Positions 29,627 through 39,444 of a DNA stretch of 64,000 nucleotides are shown piece after piece (position 1 is the stretch's first letter; every line of letters starts with the position of its first letter). The notes beneath the pieces were generated by a model. The model was not told the origin of the DNA, did not search any database, and saw nothing but the letters and a program-made list of their open reading frames with translations. The DNA comes from an uncultured delta proteobacterium (lineage in GTDB: Bacteria > Desulfobacterota > RBG-13-43-22), in contig CAWJJC010000027.1 of the NCBI GenBank assembly GCA_963843145.1, forward strand, positions 64,001 to 128,000. Direction: 5' to 3'. The position numbers and the translations under genes were made by a program.

Positions 29627-30245
29627 AACCCGCCTTTTTTAGTTCCGCGATGGCCTCTTCCCGCTGTCCGGATTTGATCCGGATATAAACGCGCAACAGG
29701 TCCGTGGTCCTCCGCGGCAAAGAAAACATACTAATAATATTGATCCCCACTTTTTCCACCAGCGTGACGATTTTTCCAAAGGTCCCCGGTTGCAGGTCCA
29801 CGTTTTCCAGGGAGATGATCTCTTTTCTGGCCTCGGTCCCGAAAAGCTGGATCATGGCCCGAGCGATCTGGGTCTCGGTGATAATGCCCACCAACTGGCC
29901 CTGTTCATTCACTACCGGGAAGCCCCCGATCCCTTGTTCTACGCCCCGGACAATGGCTTCAATCACGGTATCTTCCGGGGAGACCGTGATCACCTTCTTT
30001 TTCATTAAGTCTTTGACCTTGATCTTCATGATCAGGTAATTCAATTCATGAATGCTCAAGGAACTGGCGGAGGAAGGGGCGGCCTCGATGAGGTTGCGAA
30101 AGGTCACCATCCCCACCAATTTGCCTTTGTCGACCACCGGAAGTCGTCGGATTTTATTTTCTTTCATGATTTTCTGAGCTTCCACGGCCGAGGTCTCCGG
30201 GGAAACCGTAATGGGGTCTTTGGTCATCCAGTGTTTTACCTTCAT
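29610..30245 (-). CDS. CBS-pair plus ACT domain protein (AcuB-like)
   Basis: Two CBS repeats (IRRLPVVD..LVGMVT and FPVVN..LVGIIT) and a C-terminal ACT-like segment. Confidence 0.85.
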   Translation of the reverse strand: MKVKHWMTKDPITVSPETSAVEAQKIMKENKIRRLPVVDKGKLVGMVTFRNLIEAAPSSASSLSIHELNYLIMKIKVKDLMKKKVITVSPEDTVIEAIVRGVEQGIGGFPVVNEQGQLVGIITETQIARAMIQLFGTEARKEIISLENVDLQPGTFGKIVTLVEKVGINIISMFSLPRRTTDLLRVYIRIKSGQREEAIAELKKAGYEIAD

Positions 30246-30419
30246 CTGCTCCCTCCTTGGCGTCGTATCAGTTTAATCCGCGGGACTATTACAACTTTCC
30301 TTGAATTTTCTTTTAGTTATTAACAAAAAACCTGATGGGGGTCAATAAAAATAACCGAAAATGGAGCGTTAACGACCCTCTCCCTGAGACCCGGGCGGCC
30401 ACGGAGAAGTGATTTCCGA

Positions 30420-31067
30420 TCAAACCGCATAAAATTTGACGGCCGGCAATTCGATACAGGTTAAACGGTTTCCGTAGACCGCTCCCGTATCAATTCCGAT
30501 TCGTTGGTTATGGATAAAGGGTTGAGGGAAGGGGGTATGTCCAAATACAATCTTCTTTCCAAAATCATAATCGGAATAGAAGAATTCTTCTCGAATCCAA
30601 ATTAAATCGAAAAGGTCCTGGTTCTCCAGGGGGATGCCGTTGCGCAACCCGGCATGGACAAAGACATATTCCTCCCATTCAAAATAGGGCAACAGGGATC
30701 GATAAAAGGCCTGGTGGGCGGCGGGCATCCAGGGTTCAGTCGCTCCCGGCAGGCCGGCGGATTGTGATCCCAGATAACTGCGCAGCGTTTTTTCTCCGCC
30801 GTTATAGAGAAAAGCATCGCTGTTCCGTCCGTCGAGGTATTCCAAAAGCATCTGTTCATGGTTGCCCAACAGAAAGATCGATTCCGGGAGTCGAAGTTTT
30901 AAGTCAACCAGGTAATCCACCACCTCCCGGGAGTGAGCGCCCCGGTCGATGTAATCTCCGATGAAAACCAACAGGTCCTGATCCGGATTGATTTTTATCA
31001 GGTTCATCAGGGGGACTAACTTATCCAGACAACCGTGGATGTCCCCAATGGCGAAGACGCGTTCCAT
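30420..31067 (-). CDS. Calcineurin-like metallophosphoesterase (PphA-like Ser/Thr phosphatase)
   Basis: GDIHG, GDYIDRG, GNHE, FVHAG, FGHTP, IDTGA. Confidence 0.92.
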   Translation of the reverse strand: MERVFAIGDIHGCLDKLVPLMNLIKINPDQDLLVFIGDYIDRGAHSREVVDYLVDLKLRLPESIFLLGNHEQMLLEYLDGRNSDAFLYNGGEKTLRSYLGSQSAGLPGATEPWMPAAHQAFYRSLLPYFEWEEYVFVHAGLRNGIPLENQDLFDLIWIREEFFYSDYDFGKKIVFGHTPFPQPFIHNQRIGIDTGAVYGNRLTCIELPAVKFYAV

Positions 31068-31247
31068 AGGGACTAATTTATCACAACTTGCCGAGCCGGA
31101 AAAGAGTAAAGGTCTTTTTCCTTTTTTATTAATAAGTTAATGGAATAAAAGCCGACCTTTTTGGTTGATTTTTATTTTCAAGGGATTATAATCGGTCCCG
31201 TTCACTTACCGGAACTCCTTATTGGTCAGAGGATTGGAGGATGTTGA

Positions 31248-32357
31248 ATGGGCAAGGGCAAGATCAGGACGGCTATCTGCGGTTTAGGAAATTGTGCCAG
31301 CGCTCTGATTCAAGGCATCGAATACTATCGTCATAATCCTACGGTTCATCTGGGGTTGATGCATAAAAACCTGGGAGGTTACGATCCGGAGGACATCGAG
31401 GTCGTAGCCGCCTTTGACATTGATCGCCGTAAAGTGGGCCGCCCGCTCCAGGAAGCCGTTTTCGCCCTCCCGAACTGCGTCTTTCCCATCTGGAAAGACC
31501 TTCCCGATTACGGCATTACGGTTCAAATGGGACCTCTTTTGGATGGAGTGGCCCCGCATATGCTGGAATATCCGCCGGAGCGGACCTTTCTGCCGGCTGA
31601 AGAACAACCGGTGGAGGTCGAAAGGGTCCTGAGGGAAACCCGGACCGATATTTTAGTCAATTATCTGCCGGTGGGTTCCCGTGAGGCCACCCGTTATTAT
31701 GCCCGTTGCTGTTTGGCGGCCGGGGTCAGTTTGGTCAACTGCATTCCTGAATTTATTGCCTCTAGTCCGGAATGGGCCCAAATGTTTGAGCAAAAAGGGA
31801 TCCCCCTGGTGGGAGACGATATTAAATCTCAGGTGGGAGCGACCATCATTCACCGGATTCTGGCCCATCTTTTTGAAGAGCGGGGCGCCCGGATCCTGCG
31901 GACCTACCAACTGAATACCGGTGGGAATACGGATTTCCTGAATATGCTGGAACGATCCCGTTTAAAAAACAAAAAGATATCCAAAACCGAAGCGGTGCAA
32001 TCCCAACTGAGCACTCCGCTGGCCGAAGAAGATATCCACATCGGCCCTTCCGATTACGTCCCCTGGCAGGGGGATAATAAGGTTTGTTTCCTCCGCCTGG
32101 AAGCCGCCAATTTTTGCGGGGTACCCTTTGAATTGGAGGCCCGCTTGTCGGTTCAGGATTCTCCCAACAGCGCCGGGGTAGTCATCGATGCCGTCCGCTA
32201 CTGCCGGCTGGCCAGGGACCGGGGAGAGGCCGGCGTTTTACTGCCGGCCGCCGCCTATTTTATGAAGCATCCACCCCTCCAGTTAGAGGAAGCGGAGGCG
32301 CGACGGCAGATGGAAGAATACTTGGCCAGGGACTTCACGATTGCTCCGGGAAAGTAA
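31248..32357 (+). CDS. ino1: myo-inositol-1-phosphate synthase
   Basis: GLGNCASAL, NYLPVGS, GDDIKSQVGAT, YQLNTGGNTDF, DSPNSAG. Confidence 0.93.
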   Translation: MGKGKIRTAICGLGNCASALIQGIEYYRHNPTVHLGLMHKNLGGYDPEDIEVVAAFDIDRRKVGRPLQEAVFALPNCVFPIWKDLPDYGITVQMGPLLDGVAPHMLEYPPERTFLPAEEQPVEVERVLRETRTDILVNYLPVGSREATRYYARCCLAAGVSLVNCIPEFIASSPEWAQMFEQKGIPLVGDDIKSQVGATIIHRILAHLFEERGARILRTYQLNTGGNTDFLNMLERSRLKNKKISKTEAVQSQLSTPLAEEDIHIGPSDYVPWQGDNKVCFLRLEAANFCGVPFELEARLSVQDSPNSAGVVIDAVRYCRLARDRGEAGVLLPAAAYFMKHPPLQLEEAEARRQMEEYLARDFTIAPGK

Positions 32358-32985
32358 ACTGGGTCGACTCTATTTGCACTGGGTGGAAGCCTGCCCGACC
32401 GCCCTGCTCCACCGTTCCGTCTTCCAACCCAACCACCTGACTTATTCAGCCCTCTTATTCAGTATCCTGGTTATTCCGGCCTTCATCCATTCCTTCTGGC
32501 TGGGAGGTCTGACCATATTAGTCGCCGGGGTCCTGGATACCTTGGACGGGGCGCTGGCCCGAAAAACGGGTCGAACCTCCCTTTCCGGGGCTTTCCTGGA
32601 TTCCGTTTTAGATCGCTACGGCGATTTTTTTATTTACCTGGGTCTCTGGGCGGCCGTGGTCATCCGGGTGCCCCGCCTTTTTTTAGGGGTTACCCTTTTA
32701 ATATTTTTCTGCATCCAGGGTTCGTTCATGGTCAGCTATGCTCGGGCCCGGGGAGAAGGACTGGGGGTGTCGACCTCCGTAGGACTCTTCGGCCGGGCTG
32801 AACGACTGGTTACCCTGGGAGTGGGCTCGATAGTCAACGACCTGTTGCCTTTGGTCTGGCCCCAGCGGCCCTGGCTGGAGCAACAGGGATTCATTTTAGG
32901 AGTCCTCCTGCTGTTGGCCTTGGGCGTTCATCTTTCAGCCCTCCAACGAATCGTCACCCTCACCGGGCGTTTGAAGGGTGATTGA
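32341..32985 (+). CDS. CDP-alcohol phosphatidyltransferase (PIP synthase-like)
   Basis: PNxLT, DTLDGALAR..GAFLDSVLDRYGD, SYARARGE, RAER. Confidence 0.9.
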   Translation: MLRESKLGRLYLHWVEACPTALLHRSVFQPNHLTYSALLFSILVIPAFIHSFWLGGLTILVAGVLDTLDGALARKTGRTSLSGAFLDSVLDRYGDFFIYLGLWAAVVIRVPRLFLGVTLLIFFCIQGSFMVSYARARGEGLGVSTSVGLFGRAERLVTLGVGSIVNDLLPLVWPQRPWLEQQGFILGVLLLLALGVHLSALQRIVTLTGRLKGD

Positions 32986-33343
32986 CGATAGCGGTAATGA
33001 AATAAGGGCCTCCTTTCCCGAAGGATCGGGGCAGAAGAAATTTCCTGAGCGGTCCAGGCCGCTCGACCTGAATCCTGTTCCGGGGTTTCTCCCCTTATAT
33101 GTCACAAAAGACATAACTTGTTAAACTTTCATGATAATTTTCTATTGCAAATGCCTTTTTATTCCGCTATATCATCAATATCATCTTTGTAAAATCAAAT
33201 CATAATTCTCTGTTTAAATCAATAGACTGAACGATAGGAGGTGAGACCAGTCCTGACGTTTAGACCGCTTTGCTTTGTTCATTGCAGTTAGCGATCAACC
33301 CAAAATCCAACCAGTAAACAAGAAAGGAAGGTGAGTGAATATT

Positions 33344-36300
33344 ATGGGCGTAACCCGAAGGGATTTTATTAAGATTAGTGGTGCCGGCGCTGCCGGACTG
33401 GTCCTGACCCAATTGGGTTTTGACCTTTCACCCATCGAAATCTATGCCCAGGAATTCAAACTCAAAGGGGCCAAGGAGACCACCAGCATCTGCTGCTACT
33501 GTTCGGTCGGCTGCGGGATCATCGTGCACACCGATAGCCAGGGCAAGGTCATCAACATGGAAGGTGATCCCGACCACCCCATCAGTGAGGGAGCCCTTTG
33601 CGCCAAAGGGGCCGCCTCCTATCAGATCGCGGTCAACGAGAACCGGCTGAAAAAGGTCCGCTACCGGGCCCCTTACAGCGACAAATGGAAAGAAGTCTCC
33701 TGGGACTGGGCCCTGGACAAGATGGCGGCCAATATCAAAAAAAGCCGCGACGCCAGCTTTGTGGAGAAAAACGCCGCCGGCCAGGTGGTCAATCGGACCA
33801 ACGGCATCGCCTCCGTGGGCAGCGCTGCCCTGGACAACGAGGAATGCTGGCTGTTCCAGAAATTCCTGAGGTCGCTGGGGCTGGTGTATATCGAGCACCA
33901 GGCCCGTATCTGACACAGCGCTACGGTAGCGGCTCTGGGAGAGTCGTTCGGACGCGGTGCCATGACCAATCATTATATCGATTTCCGGAATTCCGATGTC
34001 ATCCTCAACATGGGCGGGAATGTGGCCGAAAACCACCCGGTTTCCTTCAAATGGATTCAGGCCGCCAAGGAGAAGGGATCGGTTTTCATTCACGTCGATC
34101 CCCGTTTTACCCGGACCTCCACCAAGGCCGATATCTATGCCCCCTTACGTTCCGGAACGGATATCGCCTTTTTGGGAGGCATGATCAAATATATCCTGGA
34201 CAACAAACTGTATGACGAATTTTACCTGGCCAACTATACCAATGCCTCCCTCCTCGTGAATCCCAAGTTCGGCTTCAACGACGGCCTTTTCTCCGGGTAC
34301 GATTCCGCCAAGCGGGCTTATGATAAATCCACCTGGTCCCTGGAAAAAGACGAGAAGGGCATCCCCAAGCAGGACTTGACGCTGCAGAACGAGCACAGCG
34401 TCTTCCAGCTTCTAAAGAAACACTATGCCCGTTACACCCTGGAGAAGGTGTCGGAGATCACCGGGACCCCCAAAGAAGATCTGATGAAAGTTTACCAAAC
34501 CTACGGATCCACCGGGACCCCCGATAAATCGGCGACCATTCTCTACGCCATGGGCTGGACCCAGCACACCGTGGGCACCCAGAACATCCGGGCCATGTCC
34601 ATTATTCAGCTCCTGCTGGGCAACATCGGGATCGCCGGCGGCGGGGTCAACGCCCTGCGCGGCGAATCCAACGTCCAGGGCTCCACGGATCATTGTCTGC
34701 TCTTCCACATCATCCCCGGCTATCTGCCCACCCCTCGAGCCAAGCTGGCGACGCTGGCCGATTACAACAAAACCACCCCGACCACCAAGGATCCCCGCAG
34801 CGCCAACTGGTGGCAGAACCGGCCCAAGTACATGGCCAGTCTCCTGAAATCTTTTTACGGGGCCAAGGCCACCAAGGAAAACGAATTCGGTTACGCCTGG
34901 CTTCCCAAGCTGGAGGACACCCAAAACGCCTCCTGGCTGATCCTTTTCGATGAAATGTACAAGGGGGCCTTTACCGGGTTCTTCGCCTGGGGGATGAACC
35001 CGGCCTGTTCCGGCGCCAACGCGGGCAAGGTGCGGGAGGCTCTGGGCAAGCTGGACTGGATGGTCAACGTCAACCTCTTCGACAGCGAAACCGGCTCCTT
35101 CTGGAAGGGCCCGGGCGTAAACCCCAAGAAGATCAAGACCGAGGTCTTCCAGCTTCCCGCGGCGGCTTTTATGGAAAAGGAAGGCAGCATCAGCAACAGC
35201 GGCCGCTGGTCCCAGTGGCGCTATAAGGCCGCCAAAGCCCCCGGAGAGGCCAGGCCGGATGCGGAAATCATCTATGAACTGTTTAAAAAAGTCCGGGCCC
35301 TCTACGAAAAAGGCCCAGGGGCCCCGGCCGGCCCCATTTTGAATCTGAAATGGGACTATGAAACCAACGGGCATTTTGATATCCACCAGGTGGCCAAAGA
35401 GATTAACGGGATTGACCTGACCACCGGAAAAATGGTGGACAATTTCACCAAACTGAAGGACGACGGGACCACCGCCTGTGGAAACTGGCTTTATTCCGGC
35501 AGCTATACCGAAGCCGGCAACATGATGGCCCGGCGTAAAAAAGGCGATCCCACCGGCTTGGGCCTCTATCCGGAATGGTCCTGGTGCTGGCCCCTCAACC
35601 GGCGGATTATTTATAACCGGGCTTCGGTGGATCTGGAAGGAAATCCCCGCAATCCGAAGCGGGCGCTGGTCAAATGGAACGCCGAGACCAAGAAATGGGT
35701 CGGCGATGTGCCGGACGGCGGCTGGCCTCCCATGGATAAGACGGGTTTCTACCCCTTTATCATGAAACCGGACGGGGTGGCTTCAGTCTTCGGTCCCGGG
35801 CTGGCCGACGGGCCTTTCCCCGAGCACTACGAACCGTTGGAATGTCCCATCGACAAAAACCTGATGTCCGGTCAGATGATCAACCCGGTCGTCAAAATTT
35901 TCAAGGAGGGCCTGGATAAATTCTCCTCCTGCGATCCCAAGTTTCCGCTGGTCTGTACCACTTACCGGGTAACCGAACACTGGCAGACCGGAGTCTTGAG
36001 CCGCTGGCTGCCCTGGTTGATCGAAGCCGAACCGCAAATGTTCGTGGAAATGAGCCAGGAGTTGGCCAAACTGAAGGCGATCAAGAACGGGGAACGGGTC
36101 CTGGTCTCCAGCCCCCGTGGGCAAGTAGAAGCCGTGGCCATTGTGACCTTCCGCTTGAAACCTTTTCTGATCGCCGGCCAGACCATTCATCAGATCGGAC
36201 TGCCCTGGCATTACGGCTGGCTCCACCCCAAGAACGGCGGAGACAGCGCCAACCTGCTGACCCCGACGGTGGGCGATCCCAATACCATGATCCCTGAATC

Positions 36301-36367
36301 CAAGGCCTTCATGGCCAATGTAACCAAGTTAGCCAAACAACCGGCCCACAAGGCCAAGAAGGCATAA
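33344..36367 (+). CDS. fdhA: Selenocysteine-containing periplasmic formate dehydrogenase alpha subunit (FdnG type)
   Basis: Tat signal TRRDFIK and Fe-S motif CCYCSVGC. HQARI-UGA-HS at 33911 joins ORFs 33335..33913 and 33962..36367 in frame. LRGESNVQG is present. Confidence 0.95.
33911..33950 (+). promoter_or_regulatory. Sec codon and bacterial SECIS hairpin
   Basis: TGA is followed by a stem agcggctct/agagtcgtt (33928-33948) with a G-rich apical loop. Confidence 0.85.
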
Positions 36368-36382
36368 GGGAGGTGAACCCGA

Positions 36383-37141
36383 ATGGCAGATAAATCTTTC
36401 TTTGTAGATACATCCAAATGTACGGCCTGCCGGGGGTGCCAGGTGGCCTGCAAACAATGGAACAAACTGGGGACCGAATACACGGTCAACCGGGGGAGTC
36501 ACCAAAACCCGCCGGATCTGTCTTCCACCTGCTACAAGCTCGTTCACTTTAACGAGGCCGAAGTGGCCGGCCGGCCGGTCTGGTTATTCTTTCCGGAACA
36601 ATGCCGCCATTGTGTGGAACCGCCCTGCAAAGAGGCGGCCGATGCCCAGATCAAAGACGCCATCCTCAAGGACGAGGCCACCGGCGCCGTCATTTATACG
36701 GATAAAACCAAAAAGCTCAAGGCCAAAGACATCCTGGATGCCTGCCCGTACAATATCCCCCGGGTGGACAAGAAAACCAAACTCCTGGTTAAATGCACCA
36801 TGTGCTTTGACCGGGTGAAAATCGGGATGCTCCCAGCCTGCGTCAAGACCTGCCCCACCGGGGCCATGAGCTTCGGTGACCGGAATGAAATATTGGACAA
36901 GGCCCAGAAACGTTTGGCCGAGGTGAAGAAAAAATTTCCTCAGGCCAGCCTCTTGGATCCCGACGATCTTCGGACCGTCTACCTGGTCCTGGAAGACCGA
37001 AAACTATACTATAAGTTTGCTTCAGCCGAAGGACGGGGAATCACCCGCCAAGCGGCGTTGCGAAGATTGTTTAAACCCTTGACGACGGTAGCAGCGGCTA
37101 CGGCGGTTTTCGGAGGAATGGTTCAGGATACCCACCGCTAA
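36383..37141 (+). CDS. fdhB: Formate dehydrogenase iron-sulfur beta subunit
   Basis: CTACRGCQVAC, CRHCVEPPC, ACPY, KCTMC..R, PACVKTCP. Confidence 0.92.
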   Translation: MADKSFFVDTSKCTACRGCQVACKQWNKLGTEYTVNRGSHQNPPDLSSTCYKLVHFNEAEVAGRPVWLFFPEQCRHCVEPPCKEAADAQIKDAILKDEATGAVIYTDKTKKLKAKDILDACPYNIPRVDKKTKLLVKCTMCFDRVKIGMLPACVKTCPTGAMSFGDRNEILDKAQKRLAEVKKKFPQASLLDPDDLRTVYLVLEDRKLYYKFASAEGRGITRQAALRRLFKPLTTVAAATAVFGGMVQDTHR

Positions 37142-37173
37142 GCCGGCTGTCTACGGTTAACCTTAACTCCTCC

Positions 37174-37204
37174 AAGGGCCGATGTTCGCATCGGCCCTTT
37201 TTTT
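37174..37204 (+). terminator. Rho-independent terminator after fdhAB
   Basis: aagggccgatg-ttcg-catcggccctt followed by a T run. Confidence 0.9.
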
Positions 37205-37296
37205 ATCGGATTTTGGGTTTCTTTTTTAGACCGATTGGGTTACACTCGGAAACATTCGAATTATTTCGATGCTACCTTGATGCTTGGGAGGATACT

Positions 37297-38094
37297 ATGC
37301 GGTTTGATCAACGGCTGGTCGTCTGTTTTACAATGCTTCTGATGGGTTGTTTTCTGGTGGGCGCCGTCCAGGCGTCAGCCCAATGTCCCCCTCCCGATAA
37401 AGTTCAGGCTTCCTTGAAAAAGCTCTTTCCCAACGTGGAACTGGGCGCCATTCAACCCAGCGAAGTCAAAGGACTTTGTCAGGTACAGGTCAAGCTGGGG
37501 GGCCAAATCCGTCTCCTTTATGCGGACGGCCAGGGGGATTTTTTTCTGCTCGGCAATCTGATAGAGACCAAGAGCGGACGCAACCTGACCATGGAGGCCA
37601 CGCAGCTTTTAAACCGCATGGGGGCCGATGATCTCCATCAATTGGAGGCCTTAACCGCCTTTTCCCACGGAAAGGGCGATAAAGTCCTCTATTTCGTTAC
37701 CGACCCACAATGCCCCTATTGCAAGCAGGCGGAAGCTATTATTAAGAAGATCGGCGATAAAGGGGAGCTAACGGTTCGCTATATCTTCTTTCCGCTCCCC
37801 AGCCATAAAGGCGCCAAGGAACAATGTATCTCGATTATCTGCGACAAGAAAGGCTTGGAAGGCCTGGAAAAGGGCTATAAATCAGAGAACCAGTGCGCTG
37901 AAGGGGTAAAAAAAGTGGACGAGAGTCTGGCTTTTTTGCACAAGAAAGGGATTGCTTCCACCCCGACTTTTATTTTTTCCGATGGAATCGTTCATTCCGG
38001 ATTGATGCCGGAAGAGACCCTGCGCCAGCGGTTGGGCCTCCCTCCGGCCGGTCCTAAAACGGAAATTAAAACTCCCGGACCGATCAAAAAATAA
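37297..38094 (+). CDS. DsbC-family thiol:disulfide isomerase
   Basis: Signal peptide, DsbC N-terminal domain, TDPQCPYC, FPL, STPT. GGAGG RBS before ATG 37297. Confidence 0.88.
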   Translation: MRFDQRLVVCFTMLLMGCFLVGAVQASAQCPPPDKVQASLKKLFPNVELGAIQPSEVKGLCQVQVKLGGQIRLLYADGQGDFFLLGNLIETKSGRNLTMEATQLLNRMGADDLHQLEALTAFSHGKGDKVLYFVTDPQCPYCKQAEAIIKKIGDKGELTVRYIFFPLPSHKGAKEQCISIICDKKGLEGLEKGYKSENQCAEGVKKVDESLAFLHKKGIASTPTFIFSDGIVHSGLMPEETLRQRLGLPPAGPKTEIKTPGPIKK

Positions 38095-38154
38095 CTGATT
38101 GCCTTGTTCGATATTCTGCGGTTCAAAAACTAACTGCCGGCCATAGTACGGGAT

Positions 38155-38949
38155 TTACCTTCTAGGCGGTGGTGGGGCATATCCCCGGTTATCATCCCAG
38201 AAACGGTTCCGGGGGTGCGGGGGGCGGCAGTCGATGATTCCTTTGCGGCAAAGGGTCTCGCGCCACTCATATTTCAGAAAATGCCTTTCCGCGGCCACCG
38301 GCTCCGGTTCAAAATCCACCCGGATGACCGGGGAATATTTTTCTTCCCCATAACCGGTTCCCGGTTGGGCCTCCGTCCGGGGCCTCATGGCCTGGGGAGC
38401 GCTTTGTCCGGGCATTTCTTTCCTGTCTTGATGCCCATAGGTCCCCCCGCGTTCATAGACCGGCGGTTCCGGCGGTCTTTTTTCCGGAAAAACCGCCACG
38501 GCGATGACCCCCATGGCGGAATAATCTCCCCAGGCGCCGGCATAGGAGCCACCGGCCTCGGTAAAGTAAAAGGTGTTCACCTGGTTATTCGAACTGCGCC
38601 ATCCGTCATAATACCCCCAGCCCTGCGGATCGAGGATGTACATGCGTTCCTGGGGCTGCAGAAAAGACTTTTTCCCGGAAATAATGTTGCGCCCATCGAC
38701 GGCGATGACCAACCCTACCCGATAGGGGGTGTGATTTTTAACTCGGATACTGTACCGTTCCCCCCGGATGGCTTCCAGATAAGCTCGATAGGTATTCGGT
38801 TGCCCGGAGTCCACCGGATATAGTGGCAGACCGGGTCCCTGCTCGGTGACCACACTAACATCCAGCAGAGGGGAGTACGCCAGAAGGGTTCCCGAGGACA
38901 GCAGCAAAGCTAACCAGACGATAAACACAACTATTTTTTTCATATACAT
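38155..38949 (-). CDS. Exported hypothetical protein
   Basis: Signal peptide, GAGGAGG RBS, GERYSIRVKN..VIAVDGRNIISG..GWR..FYFT..GVIAVAVF blocks. Confidence 0.75.
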   Translation of the reverse strand: MYMKKIVVFIVWLALLLSSGTLLAYSPLLDVSVVTEQGPGLPLYPVDSGQPNTYRAYLEAIRGERYSIRVKNHTPYRVGLVIAVDGRNIISGKKSFLQPQERMYILDPQGWGYYDGWRSSNNQVNTFYFTEAGGSYAGAWGDYSAMGVIAVAVFPEKRPPEPPVYERGGTYGHQDRKEMPGQSAPQAMRPRTEAQPGTGYGEEKYSPVIRVDFEPEPVAAERHFLKYEWRETLCRKGIIDCRPPHPRNRFWDDNRGYAPPPPRR

Positions 38950-39071
38950 CCTCCTCTTCGAATAATTAACCCTTTAGACCGCATGATTTTCCTAAAGTTA
39001 AAAAAGAGGTTGTTCGCCCTTTTGGGTGGGTGGCCACAATAGGTAGTAGCTTAGACTGAATTCGGGCCTCC

Positions 39072-39286
39072 GTGGCCGCCGGGTCTCGGCGAAAGGGTTT
39101 TCCACCTTGCTTTTTAGGTTCTAACCCGGCCCCTATGTTTTCAAATCTTCCAGGAGGCAGGGCCAGCCTGGGAGGCGCCAAGAAATACGGGGTTTGGGCC
39201 TGCTTTAAATAAACTTAAACACTTAGGCCCGGATTCGAAGTCCGGAGTACCTTTGGAAAACCCTTTCACCGAGACCCGGCGGCCAT
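39072..39286. repeat. 215-bp element bounded by 33-bp inverted repeats (REPIN/MITE-like)
   Basis: gtggccgccgggtctcggcgaaagggttttcca (39072-39104) vs tggaaaaccctttcaccgagacccggcggccat (39254-39286), 31/33 complementary. Partial copy at ~30376-30406. Confidence 0.75.
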
Positions 39287-39444
39287 ACCAGATCTGGGGG
39301 CTACCCACCCAAAAGGGCGAAGCGTCAAAAAAAATTTCTCGGTCTCCAATGAGGGTCCCATACCGACCGGACCCGATTATGGTTGAAGTGCCGGTCCCTA
39401 ACGTGGTAATTATTGAAGTATAAATTATTTTCGGATTGGAATCC

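Noticed and set aside
33100-33140. Rex-like operator upstream of fdhA
   Set aside because: The match to TTGTGAA-N4-TTCACAA is too weak to support.
33335-33961. fdhA as two genes or a pseudogene
   Set aside because: The TGA is at the Sec position and is followed by a SECIS hairpin.
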